Source of the DNA: Enterococcus alishanensis
GTDB taxonomy: Bacteria; Bacillota; Bacilli; Lactobacillales; Enterococcaceae
Assembly: GCF_019218635.1 (NCBI RefSeq)
Contig: NZ_JAHUZB010000003.1
Location: forward strand, 483,729-507,728
DNA: 24,000 bases
Direction: 5' to 3'
The translations under genes and the position numbers were made by a program. Position 1 is the first letter of the stretch; every line of letters begins with the position of its first letter. Shown one piece after another: positions 1-7,984 of this stretch. The notes beneath the pieces are model-generated. The model saw nothing but the letters and a program-made list of their open reading frames with translations. It had not been told where the DNA came from and ran no database searches.

Positions 1-1146
1 GCTTACAAGTTAGCGATTCAAAATCAAGAAGAAACTAACGAACCTGTTTATCAACAGCTAGCTCAGATGGAATTTGGTGGTTTAGATGTTGCTGATAATA
101 ATCCGATTATCGCAGTTGGTGGGATGACCTATGGTGCAACTACTCAAGAAATGGCTGGCGGAATTGCGACCTTAGTCAATCAAGGAAATTATCGGACACC
201 GACAAATATTGAAACCATTAATCGGAAAGACAATGAACAAGAAATTTATAATAGCGCTAATATTGCTCAACGTAAAGTTTACAGCGATGATGCTGCTTAC
301 TTAACGATTGATTCGATGAAAGGTGTTCATCAAGAAGCCAATGGTACTGCGGCGGACACCACTCTAGCTTACAACAGTAATTGGGCAATCAAAACTGGGA
401 CAACTGATGACGCCAAAGATTTATGGACTGTCGGCGCTACACCTTACTATACAGTTGCGGTTTGGATTGGTGATGACACACCTGCCGCACAAAATAACGC
501 AGTTGTCGGAAAAGCAACTAGAACTATTTTCCAACAAACAATGGACTTATTGAACAACGGCAAAGAAGATATTGATTTCACAATGCCTTCTTCAGTTACG
601 TTACAAAATGGACAATTGGTCACCCGTTCTAGTCAAACAAAACAAGTATTAGCTGCTCGAAAAAGTGCTTTACAAGCTTCAACTGCCGCAATCGATACTG
701 CCGCAAAAAAAGTCAGTAACCAAATCATTGCTGACAAATTAGATGCTGATTCAGTTAGTGAAGCCAATACATTTTCTAATACACTACTTTCTGAACAACT
801 TGAAGCATTAAGCGATTATCAAATTTTAGTCACTGATACTGAAGACAATTGGTCGACATTTGACCGTTATGCGCAACAAATTTGGAAATCAATTCAACAG
901 ATTGAACCACGCGGTGGATCGTTATCTACCCTCTACACCAATATTTATAAGAGTAAAGAAGCCGAGTATCAGCAAGCAAAAAGTACTTTAAACGACAGTT
1001 TATCGGATATTGATGATGAAATTAAACAAGCTGAAGAAGATGATAAGACCTTAGATTCACAAATCAAGGATATTCAAGATGCCATCGACGAAGCTCGTGG
1101 AATTAGGCGTTCAACTAACTCATCCAGCAGTTCAGAAGAAAATTAA
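1..1146 (+). CDS. Class A penicillin-binding protein, C-terminal part (5' end lies outside the window), with a long coiled-coil and Ser-rich tail
   Basis: Frame 1 is open from nt 1, so the track ATG at 67 is internal. It carries the transpeptidase KTG box inside 'WAIKTGTTDDAKDLWTVGATPYYTVAVWIGDD', typical of PBP1A/2A-type enzymes. About 190 further residues are Q/E/D/S-rich heptad-like sequence ending 'STNSSSSSEEN'. A strong terminator follows. Confidence 0.85.
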   Translation, partial: AYKLAIQNQEETNEPVYQQLAQMEFGGLDVADNNPIIAVGGMTYGATTQEMAGGIATLVNQGNYRTPTNIETINRKDNEQEIYNSANIAQRKVYSDDAAYLTIDSMKGVHQEANGTAADTTLAYNSNWAIKTGTTDDAKDLWTVGATPYYTVAVWIGDDTPAAQNNAVVGKATRTIFQQTMDLLNNGKEDIDFTMPSSVTLQNGQLVTRSSQTKQVLAARKSALQASTAAIDTAAKKVSNQIIADKLDADSVSEANTFSNTLLSEQLEALSDYQILVTDTEDNWSTFDRYAQQIWKSIQQIEPRGGSLSTLYTNIYKSKEAEYQQAKSTLNDSLSDIDDEIKQAEEDDKTLDSQIKDIQDAIDEARGIRRSTNSSSSSEEN

Positions 1147-1150
1147 AAAA

Positions 1151-1187
1151 CTGATGTCAGAGAAAATCCTCTGACATCAGTTTTTTT
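1151..1187. terminator. Bidirectional rho-independent terminator between convergent genes
   Basis: Perfect 12-bp stem ctgatgtcagag (1151-1162) / ctctgacatcag (1169-1180) with a 6-nt loop. A T7 run follows at 1181-1187 and an A run precedes at 1145-1150, which gives a T run on the other strand. Confidence 0.9.
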
Positions 1188-1194
1188 GATTTTT

Positions 1195-2109
1195 TTACTC
1201 GCTCTCTTCTACGCTAGTGCTGGAAGAGCTGCTTGAACTAGAGTTTGAGTCACTACCAGCTTTGCTGACGGAGATAGACTGCGACACACTCTGATAAGAA
1301 GAATATATTTTTTCTTTCGAGGATAAGCTTTCTTTTACCTTAGATAATTCTTCATTTCGCTCAGCAATTTTAGCCGCTTGTTCTTGCTGATAAGCTGCGG
1401 CTTCTGCCGCAATAGCTGTCTCACCTGCACTAATTTTTTGAGTTAGTTGTTGGTTGGCTTCACTTAAGCTATTTTTAACTGGCTCTAAATCTTTGATTAA
1501 TTCATTTTTATATTGACCTTCTGGCAACAAGGCAATTGCTCTAACCGTATCAAGATAATCCGACAAATCCACTGTGTCTTGTTTAGACAGTTTTTTTATT
1601 TGATTAATTGCTGTTTGATAATTCTTAGATTGCTCTTTAGCAATCGACAAAATCATCAGCATATCCTTGCCCCATCCTGTTTCAGTGTTACTTCCATTGT
1701 TCACTTTTTGTTCCAATCGAACAATTTTACGATTGTTTTCAGGTTCTGATAAGACTGGTTCAGCAGATAAATCCATCCCTCTTAACACTTCGGTTTCAAA
1801 AAGTTGGTTGATCTCCCCTTGGGTATTAAAATTTTTCTTGGCTTGTTCAACCTGTTGAATGCTTTGTTTATTATTGTTTTGTGATTGGATATAGGTGATC
1901 ACATCGTCAAAATCATTTTCTTCAGTACTGGCCTTAAAATAGCCTTCTTTTTCATCAATATATAAACTACCTAACTGTTTAGAAATAGCCTGATTGACTT
2001 CTTTGGCCTTTTCTTCAGTATGATCTCGGTAAATCATTAAACCCGCAAAAATTAACGCCCCAACGACTAACACACCTAAAAGGGACCATCCAATTAATTT
2101 CTTAGACAA
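1195..2109 (-). CDS. Hypothetical single-pass membrane-anchored protein with a coiled-coil ectodomain and poly-Ser C-terminus
   Basis: Long ORF with an N-terminal 'SKKLIGWSLLGVLVVGALIFAGLMIY' TM anchor, helical Q/E/K-rich sequence, and the tail 'SDSNSSSSSSSSTSVEESE'. The track start (TTG 2133) has no SD and lies upstream of a TGgTATACT extended -10. TTG at 2109 sits 7 nt after AGAGAGGAG, so I use that start; 2133 remains possible. No family recognised. Confidence 0.6.
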   Translation of the reverse strand: MSKKLIGWSLLGVLVVGALIFAGLMIYRDHTEEKAKEVNQAISKQLGSLYIDEKEGYFKASTEENDFDDVITYIQSQNNNKQSIQQVEQAKKNFNTQGEINQLFETEVLRGMDLSAEPVLSEPENNRKIVRLEQKVNNGSNTETGWGKDMLMILSIAKEQSKNYQTAINQIKKLSKQDTVDLSDYLDTVRAIALLPEGQYKNELIKDLEPVKNSLSEANQQLTQKISAGETAIAAEAAAYQQEQAAKIAERNEELSKVKESLSSKEKIYSSYQSVSQSISVSKAGSDSNSSSSSSSSTSVEESE

Positions 2110-2136
2110 ATCTGGCACTCCTCTCTTTCCCAAAAT

Positions 2137-2145
2137 AGTATACCA
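2137..2145 (-). promoter_or_regulatory. Candidate extended -10 promoter element (TGgTATACT) for the 1195-2109 gene
   Basis: The minus strand reads aaaaaaTGGTATACTattttgggaaagagaggag. The -35 is poor (TGTTTC-like), which extended -10 promoters tolerate. Confidence 0.4.
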
Positions 2146-2252
2146 TTTTTTGATTTAGGAAACAGCCTTCTTTCTTGTTATTTATTTAAAATTAGAAAAT
2201 CAATTGGTCTAGATATTTATCAAACTTTTTTTCTGTGTAAAATAGTTTTTTC

Positions 2253-2261
2253 TGGTAGAAT
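2253..2261 (+). promoter_or_regulatory. Candidate extended -10 promoter element (TGgTAGAAT) for the amino-acid permease
   Basis: ttttttcTGgTAGAATtc lies about 34 nt upstream of the preferred ATG (2295). No good -35 hexamer. Confidence 0.35.
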
Positions 2262-2294
2262 TCTTGTTGTTATATCAGAATGGGAGTTGTCAAA

Positions 2295-3644
2295 ATGGAA
2301 AAACATCAAGAATTAGAACGCGGACTAAAAAATCGTCATGTCCAATTAATCTCGATTGGTGGAGCAATTGGTACAGGTCTTTTTTTAGGTTCTGGAAAAA
2401 CGATTCAATTAACAGGTCCATCTATTTTACTAACTTATGCCATTACTGGTGGTGTAATTTTTCTGGTGATGCGAGCATTAGGTGAATTAATGCTAACTAA
2501 CTTGAAGTATCATTCTTTTTTAGATTTTGTAGCAGAATATTTAGGTACGAAAGTCGCTTTTGTTACTGGTTGGACTTACTGGTTTTGTTGGATTTCGATT
2601 GCCATGGCAGATTTAACCGCAACTGGTTTATATGTCCGTTATTGGTTACCGAATATTCCACAATGGCTACCTGAAATGATTGCCTTGGTCATTTTACTTG
2701 GTTTAAATTTGGTTGCTGTCGGATTGTTTGGTGAGTTGGAATTTTGGTTTGCACTAATTAAAGTAGTCGCAATTATTGGTTTAATTATTGTTGGTGCATT
2801 TATGATTATTACCAGTTATAAAACAACAGCTGGTCATGTGACGGTAAGCAATTTGTGGAATCAGGGTGGTTTCTTTCCAAAAGGTGGCTCTGGATTTGTA
2901 AAATCATTTCAGATGGCAACCTTTGCCTTTGCTGGAGTGGAACTAGTTGGCTTGATTGGTGGTGAAACGAGTGATCCAGAAACGGTTTTACCTAAAGCGA
3001 TCAACAATATTCCAGTTCGAATCATTTTATTTTATTTGGGCTCATTATTTATGATTATGTCAATTTATCCTTGGCATAGTTTATCGGCAGATCAAAGTCC
3101 TTTTGTTCAAGTATTCTCCGAGATCGGAATTGTAGCAGCCGCATCGATTGTTAATATTGTCGTTTTATCATCAGCTATGTCTGCTTGCAATAGTGCTATT
3201 TACAGTACCGGTAGAATGATTCGCTCTTTAGCACAAGAAGGCAGTGCACCAAAGCAGTTTAAACAATTAACTAGCCACCGTGTTCCAGGTAGAGCACTAT
3301 TGTTTTCAACGGTTATTATTTTCTTTGCTGTCGTGTTAAATTTCTTTTTGCCTAGTCAAGTCTTCACCTTAATCAGCTCAGTAGCAACCATTTGTTTCTT
3401 ATTTATTTGGGGAATTATTGTTTATACTCATATGATGTATCGCAAGAAAAATCCAGCGGCAGCTGCTCAGCATCACTTTAAATTACCTTTCTTTCCTTAT
3501 TCGACTTATTTGATTTTTGCCTTTTTACTTTTCGTATTGGTTGCTTTAACATTGCAGACAGATACCTTAGAAGCTTTAATTTTTACTCCTTTGTGGTTTA
3601 TTGTATTATTACTGATTTATCGCTTTAAATTCTCCAAGAGATAA
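2295..3644 (+). CDS. Amino-acid permease, APC/AAT family (CycA/AapA-like; small neutral amino acids plausible)
   Basis: 'LERGLKNRHVQLISIGGAIGTGLFLGSGKTIQLTGPSILLTYAITGGVIFLVMRALGELM' and 'TGWTYWFCW' are AAT-family signatures with about 12 TM segments. Start moved to ATG 2295 (GGGAG 8 nt upstream); the track ATG 2280 has no SD. Confidence 0.9.
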   Translation: MEKHQELERGLKNRHVQLISIGGAIGTGLFLGSGKTIQLTGPSILLTYAITGGVIFLVMRALGELMLTNLKYHSFLDFVAEYLGTKVAFVTGWTYWFCWISIAMADLTATGLYVRYWLPNIPQWLPEMIALVILLGLNLVAVGLFGELEFWFALIKVVAIIGLIIVGAFMIITSYKTTAGHVTVSNLWNQGGFFPKGGSGFVKSFQMATFAFAGVELVGLIGGETSDPETVLPKAINNIPVRIILFYLGSLFMIMSIYPWHSLSADQSPFVQVFSEIGIVAAASIVNIVVLSSAMSACNSAIYSTGRMIRSLAQEGSAPKQFKQLTSHRVPGRALLFSTVIIFFAVVLNFFLPSQVFTLISSVATICFLFIWGIIVYTHMMYRKKNPAAAAQHHFKLPFFPYSTYLIFAFLLFVLVALTLQTDTLEALIFTPLWFIVLLLIYRFKFSKR

Positions 3645-3708
3645 CTCTATATTCTTAAAAATTTTATTATAATTTGAACTCATCATTTAGAAAAAGTTAT
3701 TTAAACTT

Positions 3709-3747
3709 AAAAACCACTAATCAAATTTGATTAGTGGTTTATTTTTT
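3709..3747. terminator. Bidirectional rho-independent terminator; the aminotransferase stop codon lies inside the stem
   Basis: 13-bp stem aaaccactaatca (3711-3723) / tgattagtggttt (3728-3740) with an aatt loop. T-rich run tttatttttt lies downstream and an A5 run upstream. Confidence 0.85.
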
Positions 3748-4894
3748 GAATAAATTTTTCTAAACGTCGAATGGCTTCCTTCAGTTCATCTAACGAATAA
3801 GCGTAAGACAAACGCAGGTAACCTTCTCCAGATTCTCCAAAAGCACTTCCAGGGACCACTGCTAGCTTTTCTTCCTCCAGTAAACGGATTGCAAAATCTT
3901 CGCTACTCAAACCAAATTGACTAATTTGAGGAAATAAATAAAATGCACCTTCAGCTTTATAGCAAGGCAAACCCATATTAGTTAAGGCGTGATGCAAATA
4001 ATTACGCCGTTCTTCATAAGATAACCGCATGTTTTCAACTGTGTCATGCCAATCCTTTAAACCTTCTAAGGCTGCATACTGACTAGCAGTAGGTGCTGCC
4101 ATAATCGTATATTGATGAACTTTTAACATCTCTTGGATGAATATTTCAGGCCCAGCGACAAAACCTAAACGCCAACCAGTCATAGCAAAAGCTTTTGAAA
4201 AGCCATTAATGACAATTGTACGCTCCCTCATCCCCGGTAGACTAGCAATGCTAACAAAACTACCATCATAGATTAATTCTGCATAAATCTCATCCGAAAC
4301 TACTAATAAATCATGTTTCTTCACTACATCAGCAATTTTAATTAACGCCTCTTTAGGCATAATTGCACCTGTTGGATTATTGGGATAAGACAACATCAAA
4401 ATTTTACTTTTAGGTGTAATGGCCGCTTCCAATTCCTCAGCAGTCAACTGAAACTGATTCTCCATCTGTAAATCAATCGTAACTGCTTTCCCACCAACAA
4501 GTTCAGTAATCGGTTTGTAGCAAACAAAACTTGGTTCCGGAATAATCACTTCATCTCCTGGATCCAAAAATACGCGAAAAGCCAGATCAATCGCTTCGCT
4601 ACCTCCCACAGTCACAATAATTTCTGATTCTGGTTGATAGTTTACTCCCACTCTTTCATTTAAATAATCATTAATTCTCTTGCGTAACGGTAGTAAACCT
4701 GCATTTGCAGTATAAAAAGTTCGACCTTCCCGCAACGAATTAATGGCCACTTCAGTCATTTGACGCGGCGTATCAAAATCTGGTTCCCCCACGCCTAAAG
4801 AAATCGCATCCGGTTGTTCTGAAACAATATCAAAAAACTTACGAATGCCTGAAGGCTTGATATTGGTCATTCGTTTCGCTAAAAAATCTCTCAT
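3731..4894 (-). CDS. PLP-dependent class I/II aminotransferase (AlaT/YugH-like)
   Basis: 'SGIRKFFD', 'LGVGEPDFDTP', 'YPNNPTG' and the PLP-lysine motif 'NGFSKAFAMTGWRLGF' are present, with 'YLRLSYA' near the C-terminus. Its ATG overlaps the stop of the upstream Lrp-type regulator (ATGA), the arrangement known for B. subtilis alaR-alaT. Confidence 0.9.
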   Translation of the reverse strand: MRDFLAKRMTNIKPSGIRKFFDIVSEQPDAISLGVGEPDFDTPRQMTEVAINSLREGRTFYTANAGLLPLRKRINDYLNERVGVNYQPESEIIVTVGGSEAIDLAFRVFLDPGDEVIIPEPSFVCYKPITELVGGKAVTIDLQMENQFQLTAEELEAAITPKSKILMLSYPNNPTGAIMPKEALIKIADVVKKHDLLVVSDEIYAELIYDGSFVSIASLPGMRERTIVINGFSKAFAMTGWRLGFVAGPEIFIQEMLKVHQYTIMAAPTASQYAALEGLKDWHDTVENMRLSYEERRNYLHHALTNMGLPCYKAEGAFYLFPQISQFGLSSEDFAIRLLEEEKLAVVPGSAFGESGEGYLRLSYAYSLDELKEAIRRLEKFIQKINH

Positions 4895-5385
4895 GGACTC
4901 ACCCGCATTCGTGGATCGTTGTCGTTTCCTGTTAAATCAATACCCCATTCTTTATATTTATCTAACAAGAAATGTGTCCGTGTCCCAGAAACTTCGGGAA
5001 TGGAGGCTAAGTTCGTTGAAATGAAACGAGAAATATCCTTTATATTTCGTCCTTGCAATAACACGATAAAATCAAAACCACCACTTATAAAAAACAGTGA
5101 TTCAACTTCTTGATAACTTTTAATTTGCTGGGCGACTTTGCGATAACCATCCTCACCGGTAGGTACCATTGAGACCTCCACTAATGCTTCGATCCAATCA
5201 TCCTCTACTTTATCCCAATTAACTAAAGCTCGATAACCAGCAATAATCTTATTCTCTTCTAACCGCTTCAATTCAGCCGCAACTATGGGCTCTTCTAAGC
5301 CCAACATAATTGCTACTTCTGCAACATTTAAGCGACAATCTTTTTCAATAATTTTTAGTAATTGACGTTGTTTTGCTTTCTCCAT
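4891..5385 (-). CDS. Lrp/AsnC-family transcriptional regulator (AlaR/YugG-like)
   Basis: N-terminal HTH 'LLKIIEKDCRLNVAEVAIMLGLEEPIVAAELKRLEENKII' followed by an AsnC-type ligand domain. Start moved to ATG 5385 (GAGAAGG 7 nt upstream). Translationally coupled to the aminotransferase. Confidence 0.85.
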   Translation of the reverse strand: MEKAKQRQLLKIIEKDCRLNVAEVAIMLGLEEPIVAAELKRLEENKIIAGYRALVNWDKVEDDWIEALVEVSMVPTGEDGYRKVAQQIKSYQEVESLFFISGGFDFIVLLQGRNIKDISRFISTNLASIPEVSGTRTHFLLDKYKEWGIDLTGNDNDPRMRVSP

Positions 5386-5559
5386 TGAAAAACCTTCTCT
5401 CATCATAAACTCATAAAATTAATCACTTGTTTATTATTTATGAAATACTTCCCAGTGTCAAATTTTTCTCAAAAATTAGTTGTTTTACCGAAAATAATCT
5501 ATTCAATTACATCAATTCATAGTACAATTGATTTAAATCGGTCATAGAAGGAGTCATTC

Positions 5560-5889
5560 ATGGAAACAGTCGTTGAACTATTTATTGAAAAACAAAAAAA
5601 ACGTTTAGCTGAAGGTAAAATTCAGCAAGAAGAATATGAAGCCTTTTTAGATGGGGTAAATGATGCTTTATCCTTTTTGGAAATGCATTATGAAAATGGT
5701 TCAGAAACCGTTGAAAAGTCTGATAAAAAACCCCGTACTTTTAATGAAATCGAAGAGAGATATCAAAAAATGCGTGAAGTTGCAATGTATAAAAACAGCT
5801 TTTTACGCGTTTCAGATATTGCAAGGCACACTGGTCAAATGACTGATGATTTGAAAAAAATCTCTAAAACTATTTCAAATGAACTATAA
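5560..5889 (+). CDS. Hypothetical 109-aa soluble, helical, acidic protein
   Basis: Strong RBS agAAGGAGtcattcATG, an uninterrupted ORF and a strong terminator directly after it. No recognisable family. Confidence 0.6.
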   Translation: METVVELFIEKQKKRLAEGKIQQEEYEAFLDGVNDALSFLEMHYENGSETVEKSDKKPRTFNEIEERYQKMREVAMYKNSFLRVSDIARHTGQMTDDLKKISKTISNEL

Positions 5890-5893
5890 AATA

Positions 5894-5933
5894 ACCGCCA
5901 AGAGTAATTTAAAGAATTACTCTTGGCGGTTTT
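5894..5933. terminator. Bidirectional rho-independent terminator shared by convergent genes
   Basis: Perfect 16-bp stem accgccaagagtaatt (5894-5909) / aattactcttggcggt (5915-5930) with a 5-nt loop. It is followed by tttcttt and preceded by aaaataa. Confidence 0.9.
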
Positions 5934-5935
5934 CT

Positions 5936-6490
5936 TTAGCCTTTAATCAATATTTCATTGTAAAATGCTTGCCCAACTTCTTTTAATTGATCTTTCTTTT
6001 GAAAGCTGCCAGCAAACCATGGCGGCATCGGTTCTGCAATATTGCCATAGACGGCAATTAATGTTTGAATAAAAAGCTCACTGTCTAATTTTTTGATGGC
6101 TTTTTGCAACTGACGCATTGGCTCAAGTAAATCAGACTGGCGACCTTCCGCTTTATATTTACGATAAATTTTTTGTCCTTCTTTTTGTGCTAAAGCAAAC
6201 AATGGCTGCTCACCACTTAAAGTTTGAAGGGATTCCTGTTTATAACGATCAGCTTGCTGCTGCCACTGCAATAATTCTTTATAGACAATTTCAATCTTTT
6301 TATCAGCAACTGTTGCTAAAGCTGCATAAAAATCAATTGGTAATTTCTCTACTCGTCGCTCTCGTTTAATCCAAGTAGCTAAAGTTGATTGGGGAATGCC
6401 CGCAATTTGACCAAATTGTTCGACGGTAATTCCTAAATCACGACGAATATACATTTTTATTGGGTGTTCTACTTGCTTGGGTCGAAACAT
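5936..6490 (-). CDS. Hypothetical HTH-domain DNA-binding protein (184 aa)
   Basis: RBS AAGGTGAataaATG. The N-terminal segment 'ITVEQFGQIAGIPQSTLATWIKRERR' looks like an XRE-type helix-turn-helix; the remainder is helical and of unknown family. Confidence 0.6.
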   Translation of the reverse strand: MFRPKQVEHPIKMYIRRDLGITVEQFGQIAGIPQSTLATWIKRERRVEKLPIDFYAALATVADKKIEIVYKELLQWQQQADRYKQESLQTLSGEQPLFALAQKEGQKIYRKYKAEGRQSDLLEPMRQLQKAIKKLDSELFIQTLIAVYGNIAEPMPPWFAGSFQKKDQLKEVGQAFYNEILIKG

Positions 6491-6526
6491 TTATTCACCT
6501 TATTTCTTTTGCGATATTTTTATTTT

Positions 6527-6555
6527 ATTATAGCACATAAAAAAAGGAGCGTAAA
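6527..6555 (-). promoter_or_regulatory. Candidate sigma-A promoter for the HTH gene (TTTACG - 17 nt - TGcTATAAT)
   Basis: The minus strand has TGCTATAAT (extended -10, plus-strand 6527-6535) and TTTACG at 6550-6555, 17 nt upstream. The -35 sits inside the terminator hairpin of the upstream gene. Confidence 0.5.
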
Positions 6556-6566
6556 AATTACGCTCC
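6539..6566 (-). terminator. Rho-independent terminator of the TMEM175-like gene; stop codon embedded in the stem
   Basis: 9-bp stem ggagcgtaa (6546-6554) / ttacgctcc (6558-6566) with a 3-nt loop. An A7 run at 6539-6545 gives a T7 run on the minus strand. Confidence 0.8.
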
Positions 6567-7463
6567 CCGATTTTTTCTTTTTGGTGGAAATTTTCCTCTC
6601 TGTGCTAATTTTTGACTCATTCGATCTAAATTTCGGAGTTCATTTTCGATTTTATGTTGCTCTTTAGGATTCATTTCATTGGCTAACTGCTTTTTACGCT
6701 CAGCAATATCAACTTGCAAACGTTGTTGCCATTCGTTGATGACTGCTTGAAATTTTTCAGGATCATTTTGTGTGCTACTATCCTTTAGCGAATCCCGCAG
6801 AAAACGACCATACCGTTGTATATTGTTCCCAACTATTTCCTTACGATTTTGATAATATTGATTTTGCTCGTCTTGATCTAAAGTATCGACAAAATTATTT
6901 TCTTCTCGATCAATCATATTTTGTAGAAAAGCCATAATTGGCATGATTAGATAAACAATCAATGCTGTTCTTACAAAAAACCAGCTAAAAATCAGCAAAC
7001 AAACCAATACAATAATGGTAAACATATCTTGACGGTCTAGCTCTTGTTTGCGCCGCGTCCGTTGTTGCCCATTTAATATTTGTAATTCCAAACTAGCATT
7101 CAAGCGTCGCGAAATCAACGTGACAATAAAGGTCAGAACACCGTAAATAATAATTGTTTGACGAGTCGTATCTTCAATTAATAATCGAGTAGCAGAAGGT
7201 ACTAATGATAAGGTAAATAGCATCATTAAATAAACTACCAAGGTTCGATTTTTTACTTCAGTAATCCGATTAAAGCTATAAGCACCTTGAAACCAAATAT
7301 TCGCCACAAAACAAAAACTAATAAAGTATATCCCAATCGCTCTCAGCAATTCAGTTATATTCACTGCACCATTAGCAAAATATTTAACCGGCAGCTCTAA
7401 AACCATAATGGTTAGAATAATCGCAATGATCGCATCGCCAAAAACAACAACTCTTTCTTTCAT
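6558..7463 (-). CDS. TMEM175/DUF1211-family membrane protein (putative K+ channel fold) with a ~100-aa hydrophilic C-terminal extension
   Basis: TM1 signature 'ERVVVFGDAIIAIILTIMVLELP' matches the family motif RxxxF(S/G)D..AI..T..VLE, and six hydrophobic segments are present. Start moved to ATG 7463 (GAGGAAGTGGAAAG directly upstream); the track start 7607 would overlap the GNAT gene and adds non-homologous sequence. Confidence 0.7.
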   Translation of the reverse strand: MKERVVVFGDAIIAIILTIMVLELPVKYFANGAVNITELLRAIGIYFISFCFVANIWFQGAYSFNRITEVKNRTLVVYLMMLFTLSLVPSATRLLIEDTTRQTIIIYGVLTFIVTLISRRLNASLELQILNGQQRTRRKQELDRQDMFTIIVLVCLLIFSWFFVRTALIVYLIMPIMAFLQNMIDREENNFVDTLDQDEQNQYYQNRKEIVGNNIQRYGRFLRDSLKDSSTQNDPEKFQAVINEWQQRLQVDIAERKKQLANEMNPKEQHKIENELRNLDRMSQKLAQRGKFPPKRKNRGA

Positions 7464-7518
7464 CTTTCCACTTCCTCTTTTGAATTCTCTTTTATTGTAC
7501 TGGAAAATTCGCAAAAGA

Positions 7519-7974
7519 CTAAATGAAACGATGACGGTAGATACGGCTGGGATTTTGTGTCTCTTCTGGTTGTGCCAAAGTGTAAAATTCCCACTGGTAT
7601 TTTTCATAAAATACTTGATGGTCAGTCAGTAAATACAACGTTTCAATCCCCTGATTTTTCATATCCTGACAAACAAAATCTAACATTTCACCAGCAATCC
7701 CTTGGTTACGATACTCCTCTTCAACATACAAGCTACAAATATTTGGCGTCAAATCTTGACGGTTGTGGAAATCATTTTCAATCACACCAATACCGGCGAT
7801 CATTTTATTTTTCGAAAACATACCATACCATTGAGGGACTGCTGTTTTACCACTGATACTTGTCTCGATACTTTCAAAATAAGCTTCTAACGGCACACCC
7901 CATTTATGATGAAACCAATTGGCAGCTAATTCTTTTAATTCAGGCTGGTCTTTTATTTTTATGATTTCTCGCAT
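7519..7974 (-). CDS. GNAT-family N-acetyltransferase
   Basis: Acetyl-CoA-binding core 'LYVEEEYRNQGIAGEMLDFVCQDMKNQGIETLYLLTD' (Q/RxxGxG/A-type). Start at ATG 7974, with AGGAG 5 nt upstream and immediately after the stop of the YolD-like gene. Confidence 0.85.
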   Translation of the reverse strand: MREIIKIKDQPELKELAANWFHHKWGVPLEAYFESIETSISGKTAVPQWYGMFSKNKMIAGIGVIENDFHNRQDLTPNICSLYVEEEYRNQGIAGEMLDFVCQDMKNQGIETLYLLTDHQVFYEKYQWEFYTLAQPEETQNPSRIYRHRFI

Positions 7975-7984
7975 TTTTGCTCCT

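Noticed and set aside
1195-1260. The poly-serine coding tract as a slippage-prone simple repeat or phase-variation site
   Set aside because: The serines are encoded by mixed AGC/AGT/TCA/TCT codons, not a homogeneous trinucleotide repeat, so slipped-strand variation is unlikely.
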